Below, in pieces: positions 28,192 to 40,293 of a stretch of 64,000 bases of DNA. The notes beneath the pieces were generated by a model that made no database searches, was not told the origin of the DNA, and saw only the letters and a program-made list of their open reading frames with translations. The translations under genes were made by a program, and so were the position numbers. How positions within the stretch are numbered: position 1 is the stretch's first letter; every line of letters begins with the position of its first letter. This DNA comes from Octopus vulgaris (Eukaryota), in NCBI GenBank assembly GCA_951406725.2, contig OX597820.1:45260001-45324000 (forward strand). The letters run 5' to 3'.

Positions 28192-28195
<4 letters not shown>
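28008..28195 (+). mobile_element. Family H element, copy 2
   Basis: Shares CGTTGGCGATTTT..GTCTTCCCTTCT..hammerhead..CCTGAGTGTCT..CGCGTTGTTG..GGATT with the other copies; followed by (TA)n. Confidence 0.75.
28077..28114 (+). ncRNA. Minimal type I hammerhead ribozyme-like motif
   Basis: TGTTT-CCGATGA-A-GAGC-GTCT-GCTC-GAAA-CGT-T-AAACA: 5-bp stem I, 4-bp stem II, palindromic AACGTT stem III. Confidence 0.55.
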
Positions 28196-28260
<65 letters not shown>

Positions 28261-28266
28261 CACACC

Positions 28267-28486
28267 GAGTAATCCTTCGTCATATCGCGGTTCACCTATT
28301 GCGGTTTATTATTTAAGCTTACGTCGATTCCAGCGTGGTGTTGTTTTGCATTTATAATTAAAATAAATATATACAAATTATAAAAATAACAACAAAAAAA
28401 TACAGTACAGTACTGTTTCTACTTCGCGGATTTTCACCTATCGCGGAGGGTTCTGGAACGTAACATCCCTGATAGTCGAAGGATTA

Positions 28487-28489
<3 letters not shown>
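28267..28489. mobile_element. Tigger/pogo-like MITE
   Basis: Ends GAGTAATCCTTCG ... CGAAGGATTACTG followed by TA; internal repeated TCGCGG..TTCACCTAT(C/T)GCGG motifs typical of Tigger-like elements. Confidence 0.65.
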
Positions 28490-28559
<70 letters not shown>

Positions 28560-28563
28560 CATA

Positions 28564-29092
28564 TATACCTCGAACATGAGAACTAATGTCCCCTTGGTCC
28601 GGAGTTGGGACATTAGCTGCCTTATTCGAGGTATAAGGACGCAGTTGTGCGTCGGTAGTCAGCTGGAAAAGATGTTTTCCTGGGGCTAAAAAAATGCAGT
28701 AACATCGTCCTAATCAGGAATGCCACTTTACGTTGGTAAATCGACTTTACTCAGTAGTACTGTTACTAATTATTTCTCGGGCAGATTTAAAACTAATTGG
28801 TTTTCTCCTTACGAGATCAGTGGCTATGTGTCACTTTAAAAGTATATACCTGGAGCAAGGCCCAGTGCTGACATCTCTAGCCAACGGTTATCCTATGGCG
28901 ATGAAGAGAAATAACCTCGAAACCATTGGTCCGCAGGTATCGTTTAAGGGTGAGTGGAGACATTAGCGCCCTTCTTCGAGGTATAAGGATACAGTTGTGC
29001 GTCGATAGCCAGCTGGAAAAAAAAATTTCTTGGGGCTAAAAAGATAGTATTATCTTAATCAGGACTATCATTTTACGTTGGCAAATAGACTT

Positions 29093-29097
<5 letters not shown>
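28564..29097 (+). mobile_element. Partial tandem repeat (350-bp period) with 5' inverted segment and degenerate hammerhead; Penelope-like or retrozyme-like
   Basis: 28609-28752 repeats at 28959-29097; 28564-28592 is an inverted copy of 28607-28635; hammerhead-like motif at 28892-28937; flanked by (TA)n and (CT)n(TA)n. Confidence 0.55.
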
Positions 29098-29161
<64 letters not shown>

Positions 29162-29178
29162 AGTAATTTTTTCATATG

Positions 29179-29232
<54 letters not shown>

Positions 29233-29244
29233 AGTAATTTTTTC

Positions 29245-29292
<48 letters not shown>

Positions 29293-29924
29293 ATATGAAT
29301 ATATATATACACGTAAATATATATGTAAATATGTTTGTATGTCTGTATGAGCTCTTATCCCATCCCAGACGACTGACTCACTGAATCATTTGTTCAGCCA
29401 ATAATGGCTACGACGCTACACTTGTGAATGGCAGATAACATTTTTTTAAAATGGCAGCAGTAATAAAAAACAAATCGTTTGGAAGAGAAGAAAACCGAAG
29501 AAGAAAATGAAAGAAGAAGAGTCAGAAGACGAAGGAAAAGAAAAAAGAAACGATACGCCAAAGATTAACCAGAATATAAGCAGCAACAAATAAAAAATAT
29601 TTGAAAAACCAGAAACGAATAAAGTACTCATGTATAAAAGAAAGTGAAATAAACAATAAAGTATGTGTAAAATGGAGTGGTAACTTTGTAGTAAACATCG
29701 ATGTACTGGTTTTCAACGTTTTGACCGCGCTTTTAACCAATGAAACACTGGCAAGACTTGTATAAATAAAGTTTGCTGCCATTTCTACTCATTAAGACTT
29801 ACAGATCCTAGAAAGTACATACATATATACACAGTTATATAGATAGTAATATACATGCATACACATTTATATAAATATATATGTAAGCATGTATGTATAT
29901 ATGTATATATATATATATAATTTT

Positions 29925-30328
29925 ATTCTTTTACTAATTTCAGTCATTTGACAGCGGCCATGCCGGAGCACCGCATTTAGGTCGAAGAAATCGACCCCAG
30001 GACTTATTCTTTGTAAACCTGGTACTTATTCTACCGGTCTCTTTTGCCGAACGGCTAGATTACAGGGACGTAAACACACCTACATCAGTTGTCTAGCGAT
30101 GGTAGGGGGAAGGACAAACACAGACACAAAGACACACACATAAATACATACGCACACACATATATACGATGGGATTCTTTCAGTTTCCGCCTACTAAATC
30201 CACTCACAAGTCTTTGGTTAGCCCGAGGCTACAGTAGAAGGTATTTACCCAAGGTGCCACACAATGGGACTGAACCCGGAATCAAGTAGTTGGCAAGCAA
30301 GCTTCTCACCACACAGCCACACCTACCC
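29925..30328 (-). mobile_element. SINE family B
   Basis: Reverse complement of family B (CAGTCATTTGAC..TTTTGCCGAAC..AAATCCACTCACAAG..ACCACACAGCCAC). Confidence 0.85.
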
Positions 30329-30334
30329 CTATAT

Positions 30335-30595
30335 ATGGCTCAGTGGTTAGGGCGTCGAGCTTACGATCGTGAGGTTGTGAGTTCGAATCCCGGACCGGGC
30401 TGCGAGTTTTGTTCTTGAGCAAGACACTTTATTGCACGTTGCTCCAGTTCACTTAGCTGTAGAAATGAGCTGCGACGTCACAGGTGCCAAGCTGTATCTG
30501 CTGTTGCCTTTCCCTTGGATAACACTGGTGGTGTGGAGAAGGGAGGCCGGTATGCATGGGCGACAGCTGGTCTTCCATAAACAACCTTGCTCGGA

Positions 30596-30597
<2 letters not shown>
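30335..30597 (+). mobile_element. SINE family C (3' truncated)
   Basis: ATGGCTCAGTGGTTAGGGCGTCGAGCTTACGATCG..GTTCGAATCCCGG; matches 15267-15540. Confidence 0.85.
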
Positions 30598-30629
<32 letters not shown>

Positions 30630-30857
30630 TAATTTTTTACGGCGGAACTTGAAGTAGATAAAGCTATAAATAATAGCATGTAGAATATTGTGTTAAAAAC
30701 ACTTAGACGAAGAAAAAGACGAAGGTTGCCCGTGATACACACACACATACACAAACACACACGGACACTCACACACACTCACGTACGCACACAATCACAA
30801 CATTTATACATGGTATAAATGTGTGTTTGCTAATGTATATTTGTGTGTGTGTGTATG

Positions 30858-30949
<92 letters not shown>

Positions 30950-30952
<3 letters not shown>

Positions 30953-31055
30953 AGGCGCAATGGCCCAGTGGTTAGTGCAGCAGACTTGCGGTCGGAGGAT
31001 CGCGGTTTCGATTCCCAGACCGGGCGTTGTGTGTGTTTATTGAGCGAAAACTCTT
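30950..31055 (+). mobile_element. SINE family D, 5' tRNA-like head only
   Basis: GGAGGCGCAATGGCCCAGTGGTTAG..GGTTTCGATTCCCAGACCGGGCG matches 56835-56940. Confidence 0.8.
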
Positions 31056-33182
31056 AGGAAAGTGAGGCCAATGTAGCGCATATTTTCTTTGCAGACAATT
31101 TCGAAATATTAACAATGCTGAGAAACAGTTGGATTTAGTTTAAAATTTTTTTGCTGATTTAAGAATAGAATTCGCTTAGAAGATTTTTAAATATTTGATA
31201 GGTGAATGCTAAAAAGTATTTCTGAAACTGTTGCATCAATGATCTCTTTGACTTTACGGTCCTATCCAATGAGTGCTACAAATACCAAGGTATTGATGAA
31301 AATATATCATACAAAGGTATTGTGAACAAAGATAAAGATCAAACGATATTATACCAGACATGTAGTAACCGAAGAACAACAGAACAACATTCCATAATGC
31401 ATTTGAAGCACCGGTACTGATACCGACATTTTGCATATTTGACAAGTATGTGGAGGAATTCCGCAACTTAGGCATTAAAAACTGCGTGGTCCAGGTATCA
31501 ACGGCAAGTTTACGCAGAAACAATGGTATCGACAGGCTCAGAAGAAAAGAAAAGAAAAGTGAAGACCTCAATAAAATGTAATCACAACAGACCTAATATG
31601 ATGATTTGGGATAGAGAAGAGAAACTGTGTACATACATACATACAAAGAAAAATACCCTGTTGATGATGTTGAAATTCCAATGAAGGAGCCTTGGATCTA
31701 GGGTTAGAAACCGGTTCTTTCTCTATTGGCAAGAAATCTTGAAATAAACTGAATAATGGCATTCATAAAGAATATATAAGGAATGCTAATTAAACCATTC
31801 CGATAAAATAATAAAACAGTGAAAAGGGACAAAAGTTATCTCAAATTGGGGATAAAGAGAACACATATAGTGAACTAGTGAACTTACTGTTCTTGTATCT
31901 TGGTTTCAGGTTTTCGTTTGGACTTATAATTGATGTAAGAACAGATTTGCATAAAAGCTTGGAATTGCTGAGATTTTCCCAGATAGAATGAAATACATTG
32001 ACCGAAAAAAGATTTCAAATATTTTCCGTTTGAGTTTCCTGGGATAAAAAATATGCACATAATCGTGTACGCCCATGTCATGCACACACTTAGATAAAGA
32101 ATAATCAAACGCTACTTTGATGCATTAAGAGACATGAGTTCAAATATATGTAGATATGCACTTACCTACCTACCTACCTTCCTACCTACCTACCTACCTA
32201 CCTACCTACCTACCTACCTATCTTCCTACCTACGTGCAGTAAAAAAAAAGACCTAACTAGAAACGATGCAACTTGACTTATACCTGTATATACATGAACT
32301 GTTTGCATGTCAGGAAGAGTTGAAAATTACTTTTCTATATTAATAAAAAAATCAACACTTACATTTCTAGTGTTCCGGGAACCTTGAAGTTTCCCATCAA
32401 GGGAGTTTTGTTTCGCGGGTCTTTTTTCTTTTCCAGGTTATTTTGCATGCTTTCAACGAATGTGCTATCGAAATCACGCATAAACGGCTCCTTTTTACAG
32501 AAAAGGAAAGGTTTTTGTTGCTATTTCTAGCATATCCTGCTACCACGTAACAACTATTTGCGTTCACACCGAAATATTTACCAACTTTTTTTCCTTCCAT
32601 TTACTTTTTCCACTTTATGGAAGTCAATATTTTCTCTGTTGACTTCCACCTCAGTTAATTTTGCTTTTCTCCTAGTTCTGTGTTTTCTGGAAAAATAAAA
32701 AAAGCCAATTGTGTGCTTTCTGGAAGAAAAGCCCTCAAGTTATGTCAAAGCTACGAGAATTCACTAACATGATTTGTTTGTGTTTTAAAGATTCCGTCAA
32801 GGAATTAGATACTGCGGGTTTTGGCCGGTTTAAACACTAAAGGGTTAAAAAGTGCCAAAACTATAAAATCAGCTTTTTTGGTCGTTTTGAGGGCTTTAGA
32901 ACCCCAAAACTATAGTTTTTGTTTGCTTCAGAGTTTAAAAAATGTTGATTTTATTGTTTTAAATTTTAAAGGGCCTAAAAATGGCTCATTTCATAGTTTT
33001 GGCCATTTTTTAAAGGTTTTTAGAGGCTTTTAGAGCCAGAAAAAGGCAAAAAAAAAAAAACCCTCAGATGAAACATAATATTAGCATTAAACTAAAAAAT
33101 GTTTATTGATAAAGAGGCCGTGAAATAATTTTAAAAAAAATGAAAAACACGATATACATTATTAATTTTTCTTCTTCTTCTT

Positions 33183-33500
33183 CTACTCAATTTTATTGAT
33201 GAGATTCTTGTTGCTATTCATGAAAATTAACATACTAAAATTTTCATTAGACAAAGACGATCTCTTGGCACTCAATATGTCCTTGCCCATGGAAAATAAA
33301 AGTTCAGTTGCTGCCCTGGAAGGGATAGCTGTATTGAACTTTATGAACAAGTCCACCAACACTTGCTCATTCAAGATGTCAGTAGATCTTTGGAGTTGGT
33401 TTCCAAGCAGGTCTTTACTAAATTCTGGGCCTTGTCTTTCAGTGACCTGTGGCTTCTGTTCTCTTTTTGTTGGGTGACATCACTAAAGAAGTTACCCTCC
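33183..33500 (-). mobile_element. hAT transposase C-terminal dimerization domain remnant
   Basis: LFIKFNTAIPSRAATELLFSMGKDILSAKRSSLSNENFSMLIFMN matches hATC consensus (PSSAxxERLFS..R..L). Confidence 0.8.
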
Positions 33501-33544
33501 ACCTCTTCGTTGTTGAATCGACCCTGATGCTTATTATTATTATT

Positions 33545-34055
33545 ATTGTTGAGTGAAAGAGCAATGAAGGTGTACTGGGGTACAAATATGTGAAGCCCAA
33601 TATACACATCATGACAACCCGTCTGATAAGTGTACACCGAGCAAGTGATTCACAACCATATGTGCGCGACATGGTAACCTTATATCAAGATAAACAGCGC
33701 ATGCCCTTGCAGGTGGGGCCGAGTTACAAAATTCTAAAGGTCAAGTTGCCCATTCCGCTCAAAATGTCCCTGAATGAGGCTTGTTTAACGATGATGAACA
33801 AAACACCCATGTTTCCAGAGGTGAGTTATTAAAATTCCAAAGACTCCCTCTCAACACATAGGCATGATACTCCCACCCACTACTCCTGCTCGTGATCCGG
33901 GATGCACCTACTGTCAGCCACCAAGGGACATGCTCAACTGGTTCAAGTCAAGTAACTAACAAGCAAGTCTGTGGATTTGAGCAGAGTATTTGCTGTACTT
34001 CCAATCAGTTAAGATCACAAGCCATGAGAGCCAGTGCTTGGTATTGCACCAGGGA

Positions 34056-34116
<61 letters not shown>

Positions 34117-34634
34117 GAGGGAGAGAGCAGTGCATGCCATCAAAGTGACACTGGGGTAAAATATACGAAGCCCAGTATACTCATCACGACTACCCGTCTG
34201 ATAAGGGCACACCATATGTGCGCGACATGATGATCTCATCAAGATAAGCAGCACATGACCTTGCAGGTGGGGCCCAGCTATAATTTTCTGGTCGAGTAGC
34301 CCATCCCGCTCAAAAGGTCCCTGATTAAGAATTGTTTTAGGATGTTGAACGAACAACCCATGTTTCCAAAGGTGAATTATCCAAACTTCAAAGAATTCCT
34401 TTCAACACACGGCCATGATACTCTCCCACTACTTCTGCTCGTGGTCTGAGATGCACATATCGTCAGCCACTAAAGAACATGGTCAACTGGTTAAGGTCAA
34501 ACAACTGAAAAGCAAATCTGTGGTATTGAGCAGAATATTTGCTGTAGCCCATCTTTTATACCTAGACAAAACAATGTACATGATAACACTTCCAATCAGT
34601 TAAGATCAGAAGGCATGAGAGCCACTGTCTGGTA

Positions 34635-34635
<1 letters not shown>
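33545..34635 (-). mobile_element. Two tandem copies (33545-34054, 34113-34635) of a ~520-bp non-coding retroelement-like repeat, each bounded by (ATT)n
   Basis: Colinear similarity throughout (GAGAGCA(A/G)TG.., CCCGTCTGATAAG, CTTGCAGGTGGGGCC, ACCCATGTTTCCA, CTTCCAATCAGTTAAGATCA). Strand inferred from the (TAA)n tail. Confidence 0.7.
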
Positions 34636-34685
<50 letters not shown>

Positions 34686-34694
34686 GTTATTGTT

Positions 34695-34810
34695 ATTATT
34701 TATTGTCTTTGCACAGCTTCTAACGCTGGAGATGTACTACGGTGCCAGCTGTTCCAAGCAGTGCTGTTTTCTGCAAGTGCTCTACCCTTATTGCAGCACC
34801 TATTTGTTCC
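34695..34810 (-). mobile_element. Short 3' remnant of an R4/Dong-type element
   Basis: Matches 63755-63940 (TTTGCACAGCTTCTAACGCTGGA..CCAAGCAGTGCTGTTTTCTGC..CCCTTATTGCAGC) with an internal deletion; lies between (ATT)n and (CTT)n. Confidence 0.7.
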
Positions 34811-34939
34811 TTCTTCTTCTTCTTCTTCTTCTTCTTCTTCTTCTTCTTCTTCTTCTTCTTCTTCTTCTTCTTCTTCTTCTTCTTCTTCTTCTTCTTCTTC
34901 TTCTTCTTCTTCTTCTTCTTCTTCTTCTTCTTCTTCTTC
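34810..34939. repeat. (CTT)n microsatellite
   Basis: Directly visible, about 130 bp. Confidence 0.97.
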
Positions 34940-34964
34940 GTCTCATCATTATTATCTTAATCTT

Positions 34965-35245
34965 GGCACTTACTATATCGGTCACTTTTGCCGAACCGCT
35001 AGGTTACGGGGATGTAAGCAAATCAACACCGGTTCTCGAGCAGCGATGGGAATACGCATGCATGCAAGCACACACACACATCTGGCTTCTTTCAGTTTCC
35101 GTCTACCAAATCTGTCCACGAGGCTTTGCTCGGCCCGAGGCTATAGTAGAAGTAACTTGCCCAAGATGCTACGCAGTGGGACTGAACCCGGAATCATGTG
35201 GCTGGGAAGCAAAGTACTTACCACACAAATACGCCTGCACCTATA
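34965..35245 (-). mobile_element. SINE family B (partial)
   Basis: TTTTGCCGAACCGCTA..TTTCAGTTTCCGTCTACCAAATC..GGGACTGAACCCGGAA. Confidence 0.8.
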
Positions 35246-36018
35246 GCCATCTGTCTGTCTGTCGTATTTGTACATATGTGTGTGTGCGTGTATGTAAAAT
35301 TTCACAACAACGACCAAACTAATGTCATCGAGTTGTTACGCAGCAACACTAGTCACCATTCTCATTCAAGGATTATATAGTAGGTTATTGTAAATAATAC
35401 CGTTTAATTAGGGTTACAAATGCTTGCAATGAGACCGTTCATACTGTCTCTGTAGTCTTTTCCTTTTTTTCCCCCTCTTTTTGTACACACACCTACATTC
35501 TCCCGCTGAGCTATTCTCCTCTTCATCTTCCAGTCCCCCTCCTCTGCTATTTCTGTTTGTTTGTCTCTCTGTCTCTCTCTCTCCGCTCCCTGTCTCTGTC
35601 TCTCTGTCTCTCTGTCTCTCTGTCTCTTACTCTCTCCAGTCTTCGCCTAATTCTCTACTCCTTCCTCACTCGCTATGATAGCAAACATACCTTTGTTTTT
35701 TCTTGCCTTTTGCGTTTCGTTTCTTTTCGTTTCGTTTCTTTCTTGTTTTTATTTTGTAAAACTAACTTCTTTGTTTTACTTTCGACAGGCTGGGCCGGTA
35801 CCACAAAGAAAAGGATGGGCCCTTAGCTTATTATTTTTCATTTGTTGTGTAATTTTTTTTGCATTAATATTTTCTTTTTTTTTGCTTTTTTTGGTGGGGC
35901 CCACCTCCTCGTGTGTACAAATACTTCTCTTTTTTACTGCAACCAACACCAAAGTTGTTACCACATTGTTAAAACATTGTTAAAACCACATCAACTACGA
36001 CTACTACTGCTGCTGCTG

Positions 36019-36053
<35 letters not shown>

Positions 36054-36552
36054 CGCGACAACCGCAATTTCTACAATCACTACCACCACAAGCACCAGCA
36101 CCACCACTACCATCACCAAATCACCATAATCACCACAACCACCATCACAAATACACCACTACTTAGCCACCACCACCACCACCACCACCACCACCACCAC
36201 CACCACCACCACCAACAACAACAACAAAAACAAAAACGCCAAGATGTTTTCATTTTATACCTTCCATACCAGGAAAGATTATCTAAGTTGCTATCCTAAA
36301 AAAAAAAACGGTGCGTACGTATCTGTGTGTGCATGTGTTTGTGTGTGTGTTTGTGTGTGTGTGTTCGTATAAGTTTGCATATGTGAGTCTAAGTGAATAG
36401 ATCTATGTTAATGAGAGAGTGTGCTGGTGTATGTTCATTAGAATGTATGTGTATGAGTATATGTAGCTGTATGTCACTAATTCTGGGTATACACACGCAG
36501 TGGCTCGTCTAAAGGAATCTACCCGAAAGTTTTCTCACTGTTCGATATTAAT

Positions 36553-36593
<41 letters not shown>

Positions 36594-36594
36594 T

Positions 36595-36644
<50 letters not shown>

Positions 36645-37144
36645 ACAAACACATGCGCGCTCACACACACACACACACACACACACATGTATATCTGAAT
36701 ATGTGAAAGGTTGTATCAACTGGCACGTGCGCGTTTATATGTATGAGTGTGAGTATGTGTTTGTGTTTGTACATGTACGTATCTATGCGTTTGTGTGTGA
36801 GAGTGCGTGTGTGTTTGTGGGTGTATGTGTTTGTTTATGTATGTGTGTGTGTATGTGTTAACCTGACGATAAGAAAGCTGACAGACTTTCTTGATGCCAG
36901 TAGATTTTGTTGTCACGTGGAATAGAAAAGAGATGGTATTTCAGATTAAAGTCTCCTTCTGAAGAAGAAGGGTTTCAGTCCGAAATGTTAGATATCTTTT
37001 TATTCCTCTCAGGGCGACTATACTTAATAGTAAGCCAATGAAGTAACCTCTACATCAGAGCTGGGGACCTTTTTAGTATCAGGGGCGCATTAGAAGTACA
37101 TAACCTGTGGTACAAACAAAAGTAGCAGATCTTTAATTTCATAA

Positions 37145-37237
<93 letters not shown>

Positions 37238-37368
37238 ATATATACATAAATAGATAGATAAATAGACAGATATATGCATACATATGCACACATACATACA
37301 TTATATGTACAAATGTACATATATACATACATATATTATATATACATATATACATATACACATACATT

Positions 37369-37399
<31 letters not shown>

Positions 37400-37471
37400 G
37401 AAATATGTATGTATGCATTCTACGTGTTATATATATATATATATATATATATTATAAAATAAGGAGCCTCT

Positions 37472-37502
<31 letters not shown>

Positions 37503-37521
37503 AAGTTCAACTCCATTTCTT

Positions 37522-37566
<45 letters not shown>

Positions 37567-37685
37567 TATTCATCTTTCATTTCACAAAATATATATATAT
37601 ATATGTATAATAAAATTTTAAAAGTAGAAATTAGACCTTGACCTTAGCCATAAGACTACATACATACATATAACGTATATATATG

Positions 37686-37719
<34 letters not shown>

Positions 37720-37779
37720 CATTTATGAATGTATGTGTGTATGTATGTGTATGTATGTATCTGTCTGTTTGTCTGTCTG

Positions 37780-37780
<1 letters not shown>

Positions 37781-37858
<78 letters not shown>

Positions 37859-37872
37859 GATAGATAGATATC

Positions 37873-37917
<45 letters not shown>
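37781..37917. repeat. Head-to-head (TATC)n / (GATA)n palindromic microsatellite
   Basis: (TATC)n switches to its reverse complement at TCTAGA (37855-37860). Confidence 0.9.
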
Positions 37918-37918
<1 letters not shown>

Positions 37919-39098
37919 CATTGATAGATAGCGGATTTTTAGTGATTTTATTAGTAGGGTTTTCAAATTTTGAATGCTGTTAAAATGATTCTCTACTCCT
38001 ACACCGTTGCCCGACTTATAAAAAATAAGAACCTAATGCTTTCTAATAATTCATTGTCACCTTTTAAAAAGGACGGACATATTTAACAATGTGGCACCAG
38101 TAATTCGAAAAGACTGGATAGTTACTGCTAGAATGCTTTTGATGGTATGATAATATATGCATTCATCGAAAATCTATTCGCTAAAACATATAATGGTCGA
38201 AAGTATATTGGCCGAAAGACAAAGTAGCAAAAAAAAAAAAAAAAAAAAAGGAAAGAAAAGAAGAAAAAACAGAGTCGTAGAAAGACACATTGGCCAAAAG
38301 ATATAACGTAGTATTAGAAATATGTATTCATAGGAAAACATACTAGGCAAAAGACAAATTGACAGATATCATATTAGATATCAAATTCATCCAGGACATA
38401 TTCATCAAAAGGTTTCCGCCCTGAGTAAAATTCGGGAGTTGGCTACCCTAAGACAGTTCGATGTCGTCTACAACCTCGTTCTGGCAACTCCTGAGACGAT
38501 ATTTGTACCAAATCGTGCTATTCTTTTGAATCCATCAGCAATGTGAAGGGGAGGACAAGTTGCTTGGATACCAGACTGTCCGCCATATCGCACTGACTAA
38601 GATTGGATCTTATCGAACACCAATGATTGGAAAGATAGAACCAGCAGCCACAGACAACGCTGTTCCAGTGGGGTGAACAACTAGGACAGACGAAGGCCAA
38701 AGGTGACCGTAATCTTTAAGTGATTATAACAACTTATAGAGTGAAGGACTTTGAGTTAAACAAATGTCCTGGGTATGACCTTAAACTGCATCCGGTAATG
38801 AGGCTCCATTTCGGGAGTTTTGGAGTTGTGGGGAGCATGGTGTCACCCCTTATTTACCATTACTTCCAGGTTCGTTCTGACCCGGGACAGAAGTATCTGT
38901 CAGGATCCCATCTATGGGTTAAATAAATTTTTGTAATGATAGATCGAATTCCTTAGCTGTTGTGAAAGTAATCAATCTAGAAGAAGGAAGACTCCAAAAT
39001 TAATACTCTCTTCCAGCATGCCTTAAGCCAGCACAAAAGAATATGGTTGATGAAACTAACAAGAGGTATGTCCAATAACATACATTCATACTATGGAG

Positions 39099-39179
39099 GC
39101 CACTATGTGCGCATTCTGCCACTATGTGCGCATTCTGCCACTATGTGCGCATTCTGCCACTATGTGCGCATTCTGCCAC
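39099..39179. repeat. 19-bp perfect tandem repeat GCCACTATGTGCGCATTCT x4 plus partial
   Basis: Directly visible. Confidence 0.95.
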
Positions 39180-39730
39180 CGGTGGTAACAGCGGGAAAAG
39201 CTAAATGATGAAACAACCAGACCTACAAAATCTCTCGTTTTTATTATTACCACTTTTATTACCATAAACTCGCCAGTTTCCCCCGATTGATCACAGGTAG
39301 ATTGGGATAGTCAACATTGTGACCGACGAAAGTCTTGCGGTATTTAGTTATGTACAACGCTATGAGTTCAGATTACGAAGAGGTCGACTTTGTTGTTCAT
39401 CCTTCCGAGGTAAATTCTGCTGTTAATCCTTCCGAAGTCGAGAAAATAAAGTTCCGAACAAATGTAGATGTCGATTTATATTTCTTTAATGTAGCCTTGA
39501 TGTGAATAGAATTATTAAAGAAGAATAATTTCGGATTTTACTTTTAATATGGAGATGTTTTGATAAAAAAAAAAAATAAATAAATGAAAATAGATTTTAC
39601 TGAATGTAAAAATATGTGCATGTATGTACGTGTATGTATATGTGTGTATTTCTGGGTATATTTATGTGTGTGTGTGTTTGTGTAAAGTGTGACAAGCGTG
39701 GAAACGCAGGCAGGGAGGCGGAAAGAGAGA

Positions 39731-39775
<45 letters not shown>

Positions 39776-39895
39776 GAGAGAGAGAGTGAGAGTGAGAGAG
39801 AGAGAGAGTGTGTAGAACAGATAATGAAATTACATATAATATCATTTTAAATATCTATATATAACTATATATGTAGCTGCCACAGAGACACATAG

Positions 39896-39941
<46 letters not shown>

Positions 39942-40078
39942 GCACACACACTGTATGTATGTAGGTATAATCTTTTGCGAGCAAAATTTCGGAATCTAGT
40001 TTGACAAGATTTCTGGCTTGTAGCCTTGTTAGCTTTAAACGTAATAATTTACAAACAATACACACACACACACACACA

Positions 40079-40127
<49 letters not shown>

Positions 40128-40204
40128 ACACATACACGCGCACGCGCATTCTCACACACATGCACACACACACTCACACATACACTGATCCATCTCCGTG
40201 CACG

Positions 40205-40293
<89 letters not shown>

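Noticed and set aside
31060-31570. Possible hAT transposase remnant on the minus strand
   Set aside because: No diagnostic motif could be read with confidence.
32700-32848. piggyBac-like terminus AAAGGG-TTAA
   Set aside because: No matching opposite end or second TTAA target site found.
39099-39179. Short regular repeats resembling a CRISPR array (also 45721-45788, 22325-22527)
   Set aside because: Head-to-tail tandem units without unique spacers, no cas genes, eukaryotic context.
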